From positions 206,212,001 to 206,276,000 of the forward strand of contig OZ024742.1 in the NCBI GenBank assembly GCA_964016885.1: 64,000 bases of DNA, written 5' to 3'. Shown here piece by piece: positions 37,831-52,770 of this stretch. Each line of letters starts with the position of its first letter. The first letter of the stretch is position 1. The notes under the pieces were generated by a model. The model was not told where the DNA came from, made no database searches, and saw only the letters and a program-made list of their open reading frames with translations. The position numbers were made by a program, and so were the translations under genes. This DNA comes from Eledone cirrhosa (taxonomy: Eukaryota).

Positions 37831-40367
37831 TGTAAATATCCAACAGCTTGTTAACTTCTTGTAATATTAGCAAATACCATTACTTTCTATAAGTTTTGTT
37901 GCTATTATTGTTGTTATGAAAATATCTGTTATATATACTATTATATAATTAAGCCTGGTATTGAAACACAATTGTATGGGCAAGAAGAAGTAACATGATA
38001 CACTGGGATTTGTTATATGGAAATATCGTACCATATATTGCAACTAATGTCATCAAGGAATTAGATTAAAATAAAGAAAATGGGACTCCACCCTAAAAAA
38101 TAAAAAATAAAGAAAGGAATTGACCAGGTTTATATTTTTTAATATATTTTTTTTTCTTTTGCTCATTTGTGAACTAAAAAATATCATACTGGGTTATCTT
38201 TGTCAACTTCTTTATCTTCAAACCTCTGGTGTGTTATGGTACTTCAAGCCAAGCAAGTTAAAAGTGCTCTAAGGCAAAACTTCTCTCGTATAAATCATTC
38301 TTTACACATAATTTTGGCTATCAAAACACTTATCTGACAAGTCCCCCACCTCTGCACCTAACAAACTTCTAAAATTCTGGCTACCCTGGAGGTGCCTTAT
38401 TTTTATCTCTTGCTATGTTAAATGTTTGCCTTAAGATCTTGTTTGATCAAATATCAGTAACTTGACAAAAGAAAATATTTTCACGAGGCAATAATGCTAT
38501 TTCAAAGATGTCTATATGTGTCATATTTAAAGAGAAAGATTGGGCTTTATAGCCATTGAAAGTCCTTCTTGAAATAATTAATAAAGGATTAAATTAGAAA
38601 ATAAGTGAAACATTTTTACTTTGAAGTAAGATACAATATATTAAGGTTCATTTTCAAAATTTTGCCAACATTATAAAATATAATAGAAAATATTTCTGAG
38701 AAACAATTTCTACATGAACTATTTTAAAATAAAAGGAACAAGAAATAAGGAAAAAATTATTTTTAATATTTGTTTATTTCTTGCAGTTTACAAAGAGTCT
38801 TTGCTTGGTCACTTGACCTACTAAAAATTGTAGCTAAGTTTTCATAAATTTACACTCTATCATCTTAAAAAAGGAAAATATGTAGGGCAATATAATCTCT
38901 GATATTATAAAGAAACTACAAAAACCTACGGCTGCAGCCTGATGATGTCTGTCATCACCATACCAGTAATTGGTGCAGGTCAGTGGTTGGTTTAACAGGA
39001 GATAGGGGACATATTTAGAAGAGTGTATGTTCTTTAACTCTTCCTTGATCACTCAGGATCTGGTGCTTGGGATCAATTGTTGATGTATAGTTTACATTTG
39101 CTTGGGTTTGTGGTTGGCTTTGGTTGAATACTGGTTGTATTTACATTCACGTTATGACAATCAACAGTCTTAATTACTTATAAAATGAAAGAATAGTTAT
39201 AACTGGAATACCGTTGATTATAAGTCTGCTCAATCAAGGCTGGGCTGTGACTAAGCAGCAATGATACCAAAATGTTCATTCTCTAAACAATATCTGTAGA
39301 GAGAAACTTTAATATTTTATCCTTTAAAGATTTATTATGAAAGTTTTATTCTAATGGTTATATTTTAAATATGGTTTTGACATGGTTTTCAATGTAGGGA
39401 TTGGGTGGATGGGTTTGCAATATGGTATTTTGTGACTCTCCTTCATGTCATTTCATTTATGAGGCCCAACATTCTGAGAACATAGCTTCTTCCCTTAATT
39501 TCCTGTTGATAGTGGTAGGTATATATGGCATCTAACACTATCAGGACATTATTCATTTTTATTTTCACATAACATGTCCATACCGCCACAGTCATCTCTC
39601 CTACATACATTGGCTGGTGTATTTAATGTCTAGTCCTTTTTGTAATTCCCTTGTGCTCCACTTTTCATACAGATTCTCATTGCATCTCCACTTTTTTCTC
39701 TCTACCATTGAACAATGCCTGCAGTCAACACTCATGGCTACTTCTGTATAGCATCACAGTTTTGATCCATGTTAGCAATAACGGCTCATTGAGAAACTTC
39801 CATTTCTTTCTTACTATACTTGCTATACTTTCACTAAAACTGTCTTGAGTTTGAATATATTCACTTAGGTTACAGAAACTATAAGCTACCACACTAGTTG
39901 TTATAAATTAGTACCTTGTTCTGAATAATGGTGACCATTGTGTGTTTGACTCAGACCATTATTCTAGGCTAGAAACATATTCTGCAGCTTTTTCACACAT
40001 TTTACAATGGAAATCAGGTCATCTATCCAGCAAAGAAAAGTCCCATGTCAAATCAACAAAGAAAAGTCCCATCTTATAACCTGAAGGATCACAATAAAGA
40101 AAAATAGGTTAGTTAGAAAAGAGCTAATCCTGATGTTTCTCTGAACAGTTTTATGCATCACGTCACCTACTCTTATGAGTCAGAAGAGAGTAAGAGCCTG
40201 TTAATTATCTTTCACCACTACTACATGCACAGATTGTAGATAGTAAAGAAACTATTGATTTAATATCAGCAAAGAACATTTCATGTCTTTATGCCATGTG
40301 TATAACAATTTAGAAAGTAAGCACGTTGTCCGACGCTCTACCGAATCTACCAATCCACTGCTCTCAT

Positions 40368-40553
40368 AATTGTTTCTACTTTAGGCACAAGGCCAGCAAT
40401 TACCCAGTGCATTACTGGTACTTTATTTTATCGACCCCGTAAGGATGAAAGGCAAAGTCAACCTCGGCGGGATTTGAACTCAGATTGTAAAGGGACGTAA
40501 CTATGCTGGAAAGCATGGCGTCCGACCCTCTACCGATACTGCCAATCCACTGC
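40368..40553 (-). mobile_element. tRNA-derived SINE adjacent to the head of another SINE copy
   Basis: Nearly identical to 1131-1316; 'ctctcataat' on both sides; a partial SINE head lies at 40320-40362. Confidence 0.85.
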
Positions 40554-43500
40554 TCTCATAATGATAATGATAATGCTAAATACAAAAATAAGAAACAATG
40601 GCCTTCTTCATATTATAATATTAATACTGATCTAAAAAGTAGTAACAGGCTGAGGTGATGGGATGCTATCCTATTAAAGGTACTGTGTCCCTCAATGAGT
40701 CAGTCTATTTAGCTGTATAATTCATATTATTATGACAAGTACACAGGTTACTGCTATAACAAACGATGATTGATTGATTAATTGTGTTTATATATTCCCA
40801 CTGGCAAAAATGTGTAGAATACTGACATCCCATTCAGAAGGGAAGTACCATTTCTGAACTACTTAATGTTTTCAAAACTGGGATAAGCTCAAATGTACTG
40901 AAACACAACCATAAAACATTCTGTTAATGATAGTGGATAAAAAATAAAAACAAAAGAAAATAATCCTAATCTAAATGCTGATAATGTGGAAATAGTGAGG
41001 TAAATATTTCTGGTGGCAGAAAGGAATTAAGAGTTATTTTAAAATACCCTTTCTTCCTTTTAAACAGATTTGCAATGTGGAATAAATACTTTTTAATGAA
41101 TGGTAGGATATTGTAAGGTGTGTACTAGGAACTAATTAGATATGGCTGATTTACATTATATTGGTATCTTAAATTGAGGTTTCAGTAGTACCTGTACACA
41201 TTGGAAGTATCTGTACACATTGATGTATGTGTGTTTATAGCTATATATGTATATTTAAAAATATATTGAGCTTCTACCTGTGCATCTATACGTACATCTA
41301 TGCCTGAGTGTGTGTAGTAAAATTGTGTTTAAAGGGATAACTATAATAACTATAAATTTTCATTAATTCCTTATTTTTATCCAATCATTTTTATCCAATC
41401 ATTATATTTAGCCGAATAGCTAGTGCTTTAGGCTTTATATTATTGTATATACTATACAAATAGCTATGTACATGAAAATATGTTTATGTATGTGTGTGTA
41501 CTTGTGTATACTTCCCCACAAAATCTATGTGACAAAAAGAAAAGAAACTGTGTCCTTAGAGATAAGAGATGGAATCTGAAATGACTGTTCAAAGATCAGT
41601 ACTGAGGAACAGTTGGGATATTGTTATGCTTAACTGACCTGTCTTGTGTCAACAACATCTACAACTGGAGATGTTGTACTGTAATAATAATATACTATGA
41701 CAGGAGATCTGTTGATACAATAAACTTATTGGCCTGAGTTTGAAAATTAACTGTATACAAAAGAAAACAAAGAGATGTTTGTAAAACTGGAAATTTTGAA
41801 ATCATAGAAAGAGCTTTCAATCTTTTTATACAGTTGAAGTTTTAGCTTTTAGATTTTTAGCTTATATTTTTGTAATATTCAATTATAGTATGCACTGACT
41901 GAATTAATCTATCTCAACTACTTGGTTTTAATCATTTTTATGTTTCAATCAGTTCTTGATAACATTACCATCATAATTTTTATGATCACATTTCCCATGC
42001 TGTAATGAGTTGGATGAAGCGTTTTTGAGACAGTATTCCACAGTCAGATGGCCTTCCTAATACCAACCTAAACTTATTTTACCTATCATACTTGTTCACT
42101 GATCTTCACCCGTTAACCTGTGGGATGTATTGTTTATACAGGGGCATAAACAAAGCTCACCAGTTGTTTTTAAGCAGCAAAGATGCAAAGACATACTCAG
42201 ATACTCATAAATATCATCATCATCATCATCATTGTTTAACATTCCCTTTCCTTGTTATCAAGGGTTGGATGGATCTACATAGACCAAGTCAGTACTAAAG
42301 CAGAGCTACTGACCTCCTAGACAAGGTAATTTTTTTAATTTACAATTTTTGACAGGATGTAATTTTGTATCTTGACAAGAGACACAAATTAATGCAGAAT
42401 ATAGCCTGTTTCTTTAGAACTTTTGGTCACACTACAACACTTACCACATATCCTTATGAAAAATATTTCTTTTGACTAAGCTGAAGGTCAATTTTTAAAA
42501 GAAAGGTAATTGATTAGATTCATCCATATTAAAATTATTCATTCATGCATATTAGAATTATTTATTTTATCATTCAAGTAATGTTGAAAAACAAATTTAC
42601 CTTGATGGTATTTGGACTCAGACATAAAAGGTAAGTAGCTAGTCTGATGCAATAACATTTGTGCAAACTTCATAAAACCATTCCTATAAGAATGACAAAA
42701 CCTTTGTGGCTTCATAGTTGTAAAGAATTACACAAATCAATGAAAAGGTTATATCATTAACAAAAGATATATGACTTTGAAAATACTTTCTTTTCATTTG
42801 AATTGCAAAGTCCTGAGAGATTGTGGCTTAGTTCCTGTTTTAAGTCATTAAACCATGGTTGTTCTCCCAGGGATAGGATGCCAAACTACCACAGAAACTA
42901 TTCCTGAGAGCTAAGTAAAGAGAGGAAATTAAAATTAAGAGTCTTCTCGTCCACAAACACAAAATGCCTTTAATGGATATAAACATTCAGCCCATGAACT
43001 GCAGTTCTTCTACCTTATCTACTCAACCATTAACTATCAACTAATCTGAGTTACCAACACAACAAAACATTATGTGAACAAATGTTGAATTCAATCAATA
43101 AAAACCCACAATGACCAGCAGCTTTACTTGTAACAATAATTAATTATATGCCTTACATATTACTCAGTAAGCATTTAGACTAAATGCTTACTGCAGCTGA
43201 ATGATGACAGAAACAAATAATAGTTGGTTGAGCAGGAAACATGTATCAGATACCTGCTGCGCAAGCAGGCTTACAATATGACAGGTGATGGCCCTATAAG
43301 TTCATGTATAGAATCATCTGATAAATAAACACACACACACAATCAATGATGACCAATCAGTCATATACATTTATACACACACACATATATATATATGCCT
43401 GTATATATATATATATATATATATACATGACTACAATCTATATTATTCTTTTCTGTTAGTCTATTTCTTTCCTTTTATTTTCTCCTTTGGCTAAGCCCTT

Positions 43501-44242
43501 GCACACCATTCTCTCTCTTTTTTATCAGTTTACACACTTGGGATACTTTTTCATCTTCATTTGTGTAATTCGCCGAAAGGCATAACTAGCCCTGTCCTTG
43601 ATTCTACCTATTTTGTTATATCCTAATGTGCACTGGAATAAATGGTGTCAACTTTAATGCACCAAAACTATAGGGATTTCCAGAAGATGACTGAGTAGAT
43701 GGGATTGTCTGTTTTTCCATTGTTTTTGTCCTGTGCATGCTGTGTATATATATTTTCTGATACAGCTTTAGTGACTGATCATATACTGATATTCTTCACA
43801 AACTTGAAATTATACATCATACACACCTACACAAGAACATGCATATTTGTAAGTTATAGCCTTGAAGTGCTTTGCTACAAATAGAAATCAATGAGAATCT
43901 CAAAATGATGTTCTATGGCAACAGGATTGATCAGGTTTGAGTGAAGAGTATGAAATCCAGTTTAATTATAATGTATCAATATGTAATGAGGCTAACAGAT
44001 AATCTAGATAAAGAATTACTGAAGATCATTTAGCTTGAAAATTGGTTCAATTGAAGTGATATTTAATTTCCTTTTATTTATACATTATTATGGGTTTCAG
44101 TTATTGGACTGTGGTCATACCTTAAAGGGATTTAGCCAATCATAGTGATCCCAATAAAAACGCCTTAAGTCTGTAACTCATTGATCGATCCCTTTCTATC
44201 AAACCCATAGGTTATGGAATATAAACAAACAGCAAGTATAAA

Positions 44243-44680
44243 CATGGACACCCTCTCTTCAGCCACATGCCAGCCAAAAGCCGCCTTAAATCCAGGAAAA
44301 ATTTCCTAAAGAGCGTCACAACTCTTGGAACATCAAGTATAAGTAGTGAAAGAATCACTCTCTGGGAAGAAAAACTTAACAACCTCCGATCTGTAACAAT
44401 AATGGAGCTAAAGGCAAGCGAGGCACTTCCCCCTGGAGCAGATACAAACTATGCAGTGTGGAAATGCCTCAACAGATTAAGGTCTGGTGTTGGTTGTGCA
44501 AAAGCCAATATGGCAAAACGAGGATATTTAAAGGATGGGGATGTTATGTGTGACTGCAGTTTCGAACCACAGACTACATAACACCTCCTGATATGCCCCC
44601 ATCTGGAACACCCCTGCACAGCATTGGACTTGGCAGAGATGAGAAAGGACAGTAATGTATTCAGCTGTGGTGGAACCACA
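44243..44680 (+). mobile_element. LINE C-terminal fragment with zinc knuckle (I/Ingi-Vingi group-like)
   Basis: HPLF..RLKSRKNF..WKCLNRLRSGVG..CDC..PQT..HLLICP. Confidence 0.65.
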
Positions 44681-44738
44681 CACACACACACACACACCTA
44701 TACAAACATGCACCTACACACACACACACATATATGTA

Positions 44739-44900
44739 TGGGATGGTCTTCAACATAGTTTCTGTTTACCAAATTACACTCACAAAGCATTGGTCAACAC
44801 AGTACTATAGCAGGTGTCACTTTCATAAAATGACACACAATGGGACAGAACCTGAAACCATGTGATTTTGAAGCAAACTCCTTACACATGGCCATACCTA
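44739..44900 (-). mobile_element. tRNA-derived SINE head, second family (degenerate)
   Basis: Minus strand 'tggccatgtgtaaggagtttgcttc..catggtttcaggttctgtcccattgtgtg..' gives A/B-box-like motifs, followed by (TG)n. Confidence 0.55.
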
Positions 44901-45289
44901 CACTTATAGGCTTAGGAATTAAGACAAGTTAATTTTCATTTTATCTTATATTACAATTGGTGGAATAATAACATTGTTTGTTACAGTTTTCACTGTATTT
45001 CTGACAATAAAAGTGACAAATATATTATCTGTGAATCACTGTAGAACAAATAACTTAAGGCGACTTCACTCAAAGACTACCAGTTTTTCATTTTTCTCAA
45101 AAATGTTTAAAATCCTTCTCCCAATACACACACACATGAACACATGCATGTGCACACACACACTCACACACACAAACACACACACAGATGTATATACACA
45201 ATGGGCCTCTGCACAGTTTCTATCTATCAAATTCCATGAAGCTATGAAAAAAGACCTTTAATCAAGGATTTGTGTAGCGATCTCCTAAC

Positions 45290-45712
45290 ACCCCACCCTT
45301 TACCTGATAAGTCCCTTACCCAAGATCTACCACTCTAATCCCCACACAGCATCCTTATCCCAGCCCCCAGCCCACACTGTATTATCATTTTAGTGCCTAA
45401 ACAACACTGTAAAGTGGTTGTGTTGACGACATGGCAAAAAGTGCGAAGCCCACGCCGTAAAGTGGCCATGTAGGTGTCATAAAAAAAAGCACCCAGCCCA
45501 TACTGTAAAGAGATCAGTTTGGTGCCACAATAAATAACATCCAGTACAAACTGTAAATGTGGTTGGCGTTAGAAAGGGTATACAGCTGTAGAGACCAAGC
45601 CAAAGTTATTTTTGTATGAGCAAGACACAGTCATCTGATCTGCTTGCCTCACAATGGGACAACTTGTTTAACCCATGCTAGCATGGAAAAATAGATGTTA
45701 AATGGAGATGAT
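45290..45712 (+). mobile_element. RTE 3' UTR fragment
   Basis: Repeated 'ctgtaaagtgg..gtgtca..aaaaagcaccc' units and 'acccatgctagcatggaa'; lies tail-to-tail with the next copy. Confidence 0.7.
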
Positions 45713-45720
45713 TATATATA

Positions 45721-48700
45721 CATCATCATCATCATCTTCGTTTAACGTCCATTTTCCACGCTAGCATGGGTTAGACGGGAGTTGTCCCACTTGAGGCAAG
45801 GTTGGTCGGGTGACCATGTCTTGCTCATATAGGACTATCTGGCAGGTTTTCTACGGTAAGATGCCCTTCCTAACACCAACCACATTTACAGTGTGGAACT
45901 GGGAACTTTTTACCATGTTACCTACACGGCCACATTACAGCGTGGACTGTGTGTTTTTTCTCGTGACACCTACACGATCTCGATCTCGATCTCATTATCT
46001 CATTTATTTGGACTGGATGTTGTGGTACCAACTTTATAGAGAGAGGGTGGTGTTGGTGGGAGTGGGTGGATAGCTTAGGGGTAGAGGATTGGGGTGTATA
46101 TTTGGTTAAGAGGTGCCTACTGACTAGGTTTCGCTTTGTACATAGGCAAGGCAGATTTTCTGTATTACTGCGTGGCGCCAAAGATCTCGGTCCAGTGACA
46201 TTGTCTTAGAGAGTTGCAAGTGTGTAAGGTTGGAATTTATCAGATCGTCCCAGGTTTTTATGGCTCTACCTACTCCGTAACTACCATCCATTTTGATCGC
46301 CCTGCACTTTTTTATACAGCTGTCGTCTTTCATGCGCATCACGTGGCCATACCAACCTAGTCTTCTCTCGAGTAAACAGCATCTGATCCCTCTTATTCCT
46401 AATTTATCACTTAGTTCATTTATGCTTTGCTGTTCACATATATTACTATTTCACATCCAACGGAGCATGCATGCTTCGTTCCTTTCCAGTCTACGAAGGT
46501 CCTCTGCACGTAATGTCCATGTCTCACTGCCATGTAGCATTGCTGTTCGTATACAAGCATCATATAATCTGCCTTTCATTTTTAGAGAGAAACCTTTTGT
46601 GGCCAACAGCGGTATAAGCTCTCTGAACTTTTTCCTTCCCATTCTGACTCTAGCTACTGTACTTTCAGAACACCCTCCACCACTGCTGATTTCGTCACAC
46701 AGGTAACGGAAAGTGTCTACTATTTCTATAGAACCATCTGGGCAATAGAAGGGGCTAGTATCCTGTGGACACTTGCTACCTATTGCACCTGAGCATCGGC
46801 CACATATAAAGTCTACGTTCTTAGATAGTTTACCGGTGATCCCACTACATCTTTTATGTACCCATACTTTGCATTTGGGACATAAAATTGAATTTCTGCC
46901 TACTCCTTTCCTACACTCTGAGCAAGGACATTTCCCTGAGGGTACCTGTGCATATTTTCCTTTCTACAAACTAGAACTTTAGTCTTAGACAAGTTAACTT
47001 TAAGGCCTTTTGATTCTAGGCCATGCTTCCATGTTTGGAATTTATTTTCTAGTTCAGCCATTGATTCAGCTATGAGCGTTAGATCATCTGCGTATAGGAG
47101 TTCCCATGGGCAGCCGGTCTTGAACTCCTCTGTTATAGCCTGAAGGGCAATAATAAATAGGAGGGGGCTAAGGACAGAGCCTTGGTGAACACCAACTTTT
47201 ACACTAAATTCTTTACAATATTCATTGTTAATTCTAACCTTACTGGCTGTTTCATTACACGTAGCTTGTATAGCTCTCACAAGCCATTCATCTACACCTA
47301 GTTTTCTAAGAGCCCACCAGATAATGGAGCGGGGGACTCTGTCAAAGGCTTTTTCCAGGTCAACAAAAGCTAAATAGAGGAGTTTACTTTTAGCTAGGTA
47401 CTTCTCTTGTAGTTGTCGTACAAGGAAATGAGCGTCTGTGGTACTTTTACCTGACACAAACCCAAACTGCATTTCATCTAGATCAATTCGCGCTCTGATT
47501 AGTTGCGCTATAACTCTTTCTGTGACCTTCATGACCTGGTCAAATAACTTAATGCCTCTATAGTTTCCTCTATCTAGAGCATCTCCTTTACCCTTGTAGC
47601 AGTTAATGATGCTGCTGCTACGCCAGTCTTTTGGTATGACCCCATTCTGTATTACTTGGTTAACTATACGGGTGACTATAGTATGTCCCACCATTCCAGA
47701 TGCCTTCAACATCTCAGCAACTATCTCACCTTGCCTGTCTTCATATCTTTGATTGCCTTACTTATTATACTACCTTTAACTTGCACCGCTGGTCCTTCTA
47801 TTGGATCGATTTGGGGCAGACTATCTTTTTCCCACTTATTCTCCTCATTTAATAGTCTCTCGTAGTGACACTTCCATGCTATCTTCTTATCAGCATCAGT
47901 GAGGGTAAGTACAACGTTTTCATTACGGACACTCTTCTCCCCGACAATATCACGGTTTTCCTTGACACATTGTCTTGCAATCCTGAACACCTTGCGTTTT
48001 TGGTCCTCACGTTATAGAACATGCTTGAACTTTATTCCCTCTGCTTCCCTTTTTGCAAGGTACACTTGTCTCCTAGCTTCTCTCCTGGCCACTTGATAGT
48101 ACTCTCTACTTCCCCCATCCTGCCATACTTTCCAAGCCTGCTTTTTGGCCTTGATTGTCTCTTCTACCTTACTGTTGCACCACCAAGTTACTCTCCTCCT
48201 GCCAATAGGTCTGCTCCAGCCACAGATTTCATCCATTGCTTTCAGCAGGTTCACTTTCAAGAATTGCCACTGTTCCTCTATATCGCACGTCTCTAATTGC
48301 TCTTCCTTATTGTCAAAGGCATCAAGTAATAAGCTTTTAAATTTGTCACTGGCTATGGGATCCTTCAACTTCCATATTCTTCTCCTCAAAGTAGGCCTCC
48401 TCTGTCGTTGAGTACGTCTATTCCTGACTGTGAGGTCACTAACTACTAGGCTATGTTGGAAGGTGCATTCTTCACGGGGGAGGGATTTAGTGTTTACAAC
48501 AGACACTTTGCCCCGTCTTCTAGTAAGGATATAATCTATCTGGCTGGCGTGCTCCCCTGATCTATAGGTGATCAAGTGGTTTTCACGTTTTTTGAAGTTT
48601 GTGTTACAGATAGTTAGGTTATTGGCGTCACAGAATTCCAGGATTCTGAAGCCTTCCTCATTTCTATTTCCAACCCCATAGCCTCCATGGATTCCATCAT

Positions 48701-49405
48701 AGCCATCACTATGTTGTCCAACGTGGCCGTTTAGATCGCCAGCAATAATTAGGTAGTTGCTGTCGGTTATTTGGGAGGTAATGTGCATTAGCGTCTCATA
48801 GAACCTGTCCTTTATAACGTCAAGTATACCAGATTGGGGTGCATAAGCGGATATTTTTGTCCCAGTAGTTTTATTTAGAACTAGCCTTATTTTAATTATT
48901 CTGTCATTTATTCTATTTACGTCGATTACCTTATCTACCCATTTTTCAGCTAACATAATTCCTACTCCACCCAGTTCGTTATCATTTCCCACCCAGAAAA
49001 GTTTATAGCATCGTTTTTTACCCACGATGAATCTGGCAGACCACCCTCTCCACCTAGTCTCTTGAATACAACAAACATCAACTTCTTTATGTTCAAGCAT
49101 CTCTACAACCTCATTTGAGCGACCTTTTAATATGCCTACGTTCATGGTACCAACTCTGAAGTTGGGAGGGTGCGATGGATGGGTTAGAGGGGCAGGGAGG
49201 CGAGTGGGAGACGGAATTATGTTGGTCATTCGTGTCTGAAATAGAGAGGGGTCTTTGTATTCTCGTCCTGCAGCAGGAGGTGAATTTATCTTTATCTGTG
49301 ACATCGTCATTGAATGCTTAGACTTTCCAAATCTCCGCGGTCAACCCATCAAACAGGTCTAAACTTAAGGAGTAGTAACCGGGGCGGTTACCCTTAGAAG
49401 TTAAT
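45721..49405 (-). mobile_element. RTE-clade LINE, near full length (5' leader, APE endonuclease, RT), several frameshifts/stops
   Basis: ORF 48012-49310 has APE motifs (GTMNVG, CIQET, YAPQ, GDLNGH, QIDYIL); 46900-47712 has RT motifs; (ATC)n tail. Confidence 0.95.
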
Positions 49406-49465
49406 GTATATATATATACATATATTCAATGATATTAAATAAATGGATCTCGGGAATTTTACCCG

Positions 49466-49514
<49 letters not shown>

Positions 49515-49529
49515 TATATATATATACAA

Positions 49530-49865
49530 TCATCATTATCATCATCATCATCATTTTACGTCCGCTTTTCCCTGCTTCCAAGAGTGGAACGGGAACTGAT
49601 TCTGGCTTGATTTCTACAGCTGGATGCTCTTCCTAACACCAACCTCATTTACAGTGAGTGCTGGGTGCTTTTTTCAGTGGCGCCTACACGTCCACTTTAC
49701 AGTGTGTGCTGGGTGCTTTTTTGCCGTGGCACTTCCACGACCACATTGCAGTGGAATGATAGGGAGCCCAGCTGAGTAAACTGGAGCAATGTGAAATAAA
49801 ATGTTTTGCTCAAGGAAACAACACATCACTCGGTCTGAGAATTGAACTCACAACCTTTCGACAAT
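49530..49865 (-). mobile_element. SINE-like composite: tRNA-like/'ccttgagcaa' core plus RTE-type tail
   Basis: Minus strand B-box-like 'gagttcaattctc' and 'gtgttgtttccttgagcaaaacatt', followed by the tail shared with 13020-13190. Confidence 0.6.
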
Positions 49866-50099
49866 ATACACATAAATATACACAAATATGTATATACACA
49901 CATACACAAATATACACGCACAAACACGAAATACACACATACACATAACCATATACACACATACCAGTATATATAATACATACACCTATTACATATACAA
50001 GCATATATATGTACGAGAAAGTATACGTACCTCCACAAAACATACGGGTGAGGTATACTTACCTATACAAATAAGTAATGGTATAAACATAAAATATAC

Positions 50100-51590
50100 T
50101 TAGCTACCACATCAAGACGTAAATTATCCACATATTGTTTGTACTATCCGTTAGGGTATAATTTGGGGCTGTAATACAGGAAAGTTTTATGCAATTTGCG
50201 TTTACAAGCCGAAATTGCCTCAGAGTTTCTGTTTAAGATGAGACCGTTAGCGTAGAGTATTTCCAAGGCTTCAGCGGCGCAAAGATCACATGGTTTTTTG
50301 AGTACCGTTATACGATCTAGATTAGCTAGAATCTCCCAGAGTAACCTGTATTGGGTGTGGTTCTCTTTTAGACTCCAGATGTAAGCTGAAAGTGACGTCG
50401 TGTTCCTTCTTTAAGAATGGGTGTGCATGTAAAGACGCTTGAATCTATTGGCGGTTAACCCTATGTAGGCCCTACTAGATGTGGGTGTGTCGACCTTACA
50501 TTTGTAGAGGCATTTCCCGGATAGAGGGCCGTCTTCCCGATTCCTACAATTACAGTTAGTACTAGCTACAGGGTTGCACGAGTTACTACGGCTAGGTAAT
50601 TTAGCTAAATTTGAAGCAGTGATGTTATGTGCAAAGTTAGGAGTTGTGGAGTAAGATATTTTAACGCCATATTATATGGTGGATTATACCATATAATGCG
50701 TCGGGATCTATTTTTTCTAGGTTTATGCTCATACTTAGTATATGCTACCTTATCGACAAATCCACTCCGAGCAAGAGTTTCATTGTGATATGTGGAATGA
50801 TCGGTGAAAATATGCTCGTTTGTAGCTAGACGAGAAAGCCTCAAAGAAACGTGTCTTACCAGGTGCTTGGTTATGCTGGCTGGATGGTTAGAATGCTTAC
50901 TATTGTCATTTAGCGTATCATTCGGCTTTCTATACGGGTAGTGCAAGCCATTCGACAAATTGAGGGTAACGTCGAGGTACTTTACGATAGAAAGGTTGGC
51001 CTCAACTTGTATGGAGAGGTTGAAGCCTTTAAAGAAAGCTGTGAGTTCTTTTCTAAACCTGTCGCAAGCATGGGCACCGCACTTTGTCATGGTCAAAAGA
51101 CCGTCATCGCGGTACAGGCCGCCGCCTACATCAGGGAATTCTTCCTTGGTAGAGAAAAGAAAGAAAAGGCCTATATGATCTGTAACCTCCGCCAAATCGC
51201 TGGCGCCCATGCTCGCGTCGAATGGCGCAGTATTAAATCTTTTTTATCCAAATAGATTCGTCGAAATTAATCACCTACTTACGGGCATTTAGGTGACATC
51301 AACTTCGAAATCCTTAACCACCGTGAGCGTTTTAGCGAAATTGATAGCTCTAAAAAGAAGTAGTAATATGATGGAGGAGTAGTAGTTGTTGATGTCGAAT
51401 TGGATAAAACGGCAATGTTGCTTGTTGTATATGCCACTGAACCAATCAATCACCGCGAAAAAATGATTCCACAGTGCAACAGGGGCCAAGCTTCTAATTT
51501 CAGGTATAATTCTATCTAAGATTCTTTTACTAAGTCTACCTAAAGCAGATTTCGTAGGGTCAATTAGCCAAATAGAAGGGTTGTTTGTAT
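50100..51590 (-). mobile_element. Penelope-like element, 5'-truncated
   Basis: ORFs 51289-51489 (FIQFDINNYY) and 50605-51210 (LYRDDG, YLDVTLNL, PYRKPN, WYNPPY). CNC...AYIGLT GIY-YIG remnant at ~50190-50560. Confidence 0.9.
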
Positions 51591-52209
51591 ATGCGGGCGA
51601 GTGTATATATATATATGTGTGTGTATATATGTATATGTATGTTGGTATTTTTTATATACACATATATGTAGGTATGTATATGTGTATATATAGGTATGTA
51701 TGAGTGTGTATGTGTATATGTATAGGTATGTGTATATATAGGTATGTATGAGTGTGTATGCGCGTATATTTATATATGTATATATGATTATATGTATACA
51801 CTCACACATATATATATATATATATATATATGTGTGTATTTGGTGTATCCGTTCGTGTGTGGGCGGGTATTTGTGTCGTGCCTTGTTTATGTACGTGTGC
51901 GCATGTTTATGTGTATGTGCATGTATATGTATGTATGGCGTGTTCTTTCGCGTATATACCTGTATGTACGTATATAGATGTGTGTATGTATATATTTAAT
52001 TATTATTACTTTTATGATTTTAATAACCTCTGTTATTTTCGTTCAACTAATTTATTTACATTATTCTTAACTCCAAATAAAGTACCAGTAATACACTTGG
52101 ATAATTGCTGGCCTTGTGCCAAATGTAGAAACAATTATTCTTAACTCTGAAGCCGAGAATCATTCAGTTTGCTAAATAGAACATTAGTCTAATGACAAAG
52201 CAAGCCACA

Positions 52210-52627
52210 ATAATTATTTATTTACAATAGTTTATATCTTTGCCTATTAATCTGTATGGTGAGCAAATGGGGTCCCACATGCTGGCCGCCCCACGGTCCC
52301 GGCGGACAGGATGGAGAAGGTGTCTCCCCGGAGGAGGATGGTAAGGGAGACGCGCTGAAAGAACCATTCCAACTCGTGAGGATCACACCTGCGGCTGGCC
52401 AGCTCAGGTCCTATGAAGGTGAATAGGAAGGTAGCCCTAGGGCCAAGGACACCAGAAGTCTCCACTGCCAAGTGCACGACCGCAAACCTGTCGAAGAGCG
52501 ACCGGTTCTTGGAGAGTTTGGCCACCTCAGCCCGACGTGCAGCAGTACCTGGGTTAGCCGCAGACTGCACCAGGTTGCGGCTGGTGAAAGTGTCACTGCA
52601 AGTGGCATCCCAGACGAGGGGTTGACT
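52210..52627 (-). mobile_element. CRE-type (RLE-bearing) non-LTR retrotransposon 3' fragment
   Basis: PLVWDATCSDT..AARRAEVAK..LAVETSG..FQRVSLTILLRGD matches the C-terminal restriction-like endonuclease of CRE-clade elements. Confidence 0.75.
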
Positions 52628-52770
52628 CCATTTATACCACTTGTCTTTGCGTGTAATTGTTCTCATCGCTCCACATTACGACGTATTGTATTCGCTTTTT
52701 TCCGTTCATTGCCAGAGAACGTCTCCACGATCCAAAGTATCGTCTTCCTGTTTTCCTTCGGTCGCAACGT

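Noticed and set aside
38939-38965. Isolated CTGATGA hits (also ~10896, ~32525, ~63754)
   Set aside because: No downstream GAAA/stem III/stem I pairing, so they were not counted as hammerheads.
51564-52144. ORFs rich in Y/I/C/V/H/T (also 31197-31547, 49810-50103, 61566-61803)
   Set aside because: They are translations of (TA)n/(TG)n microsatellites.
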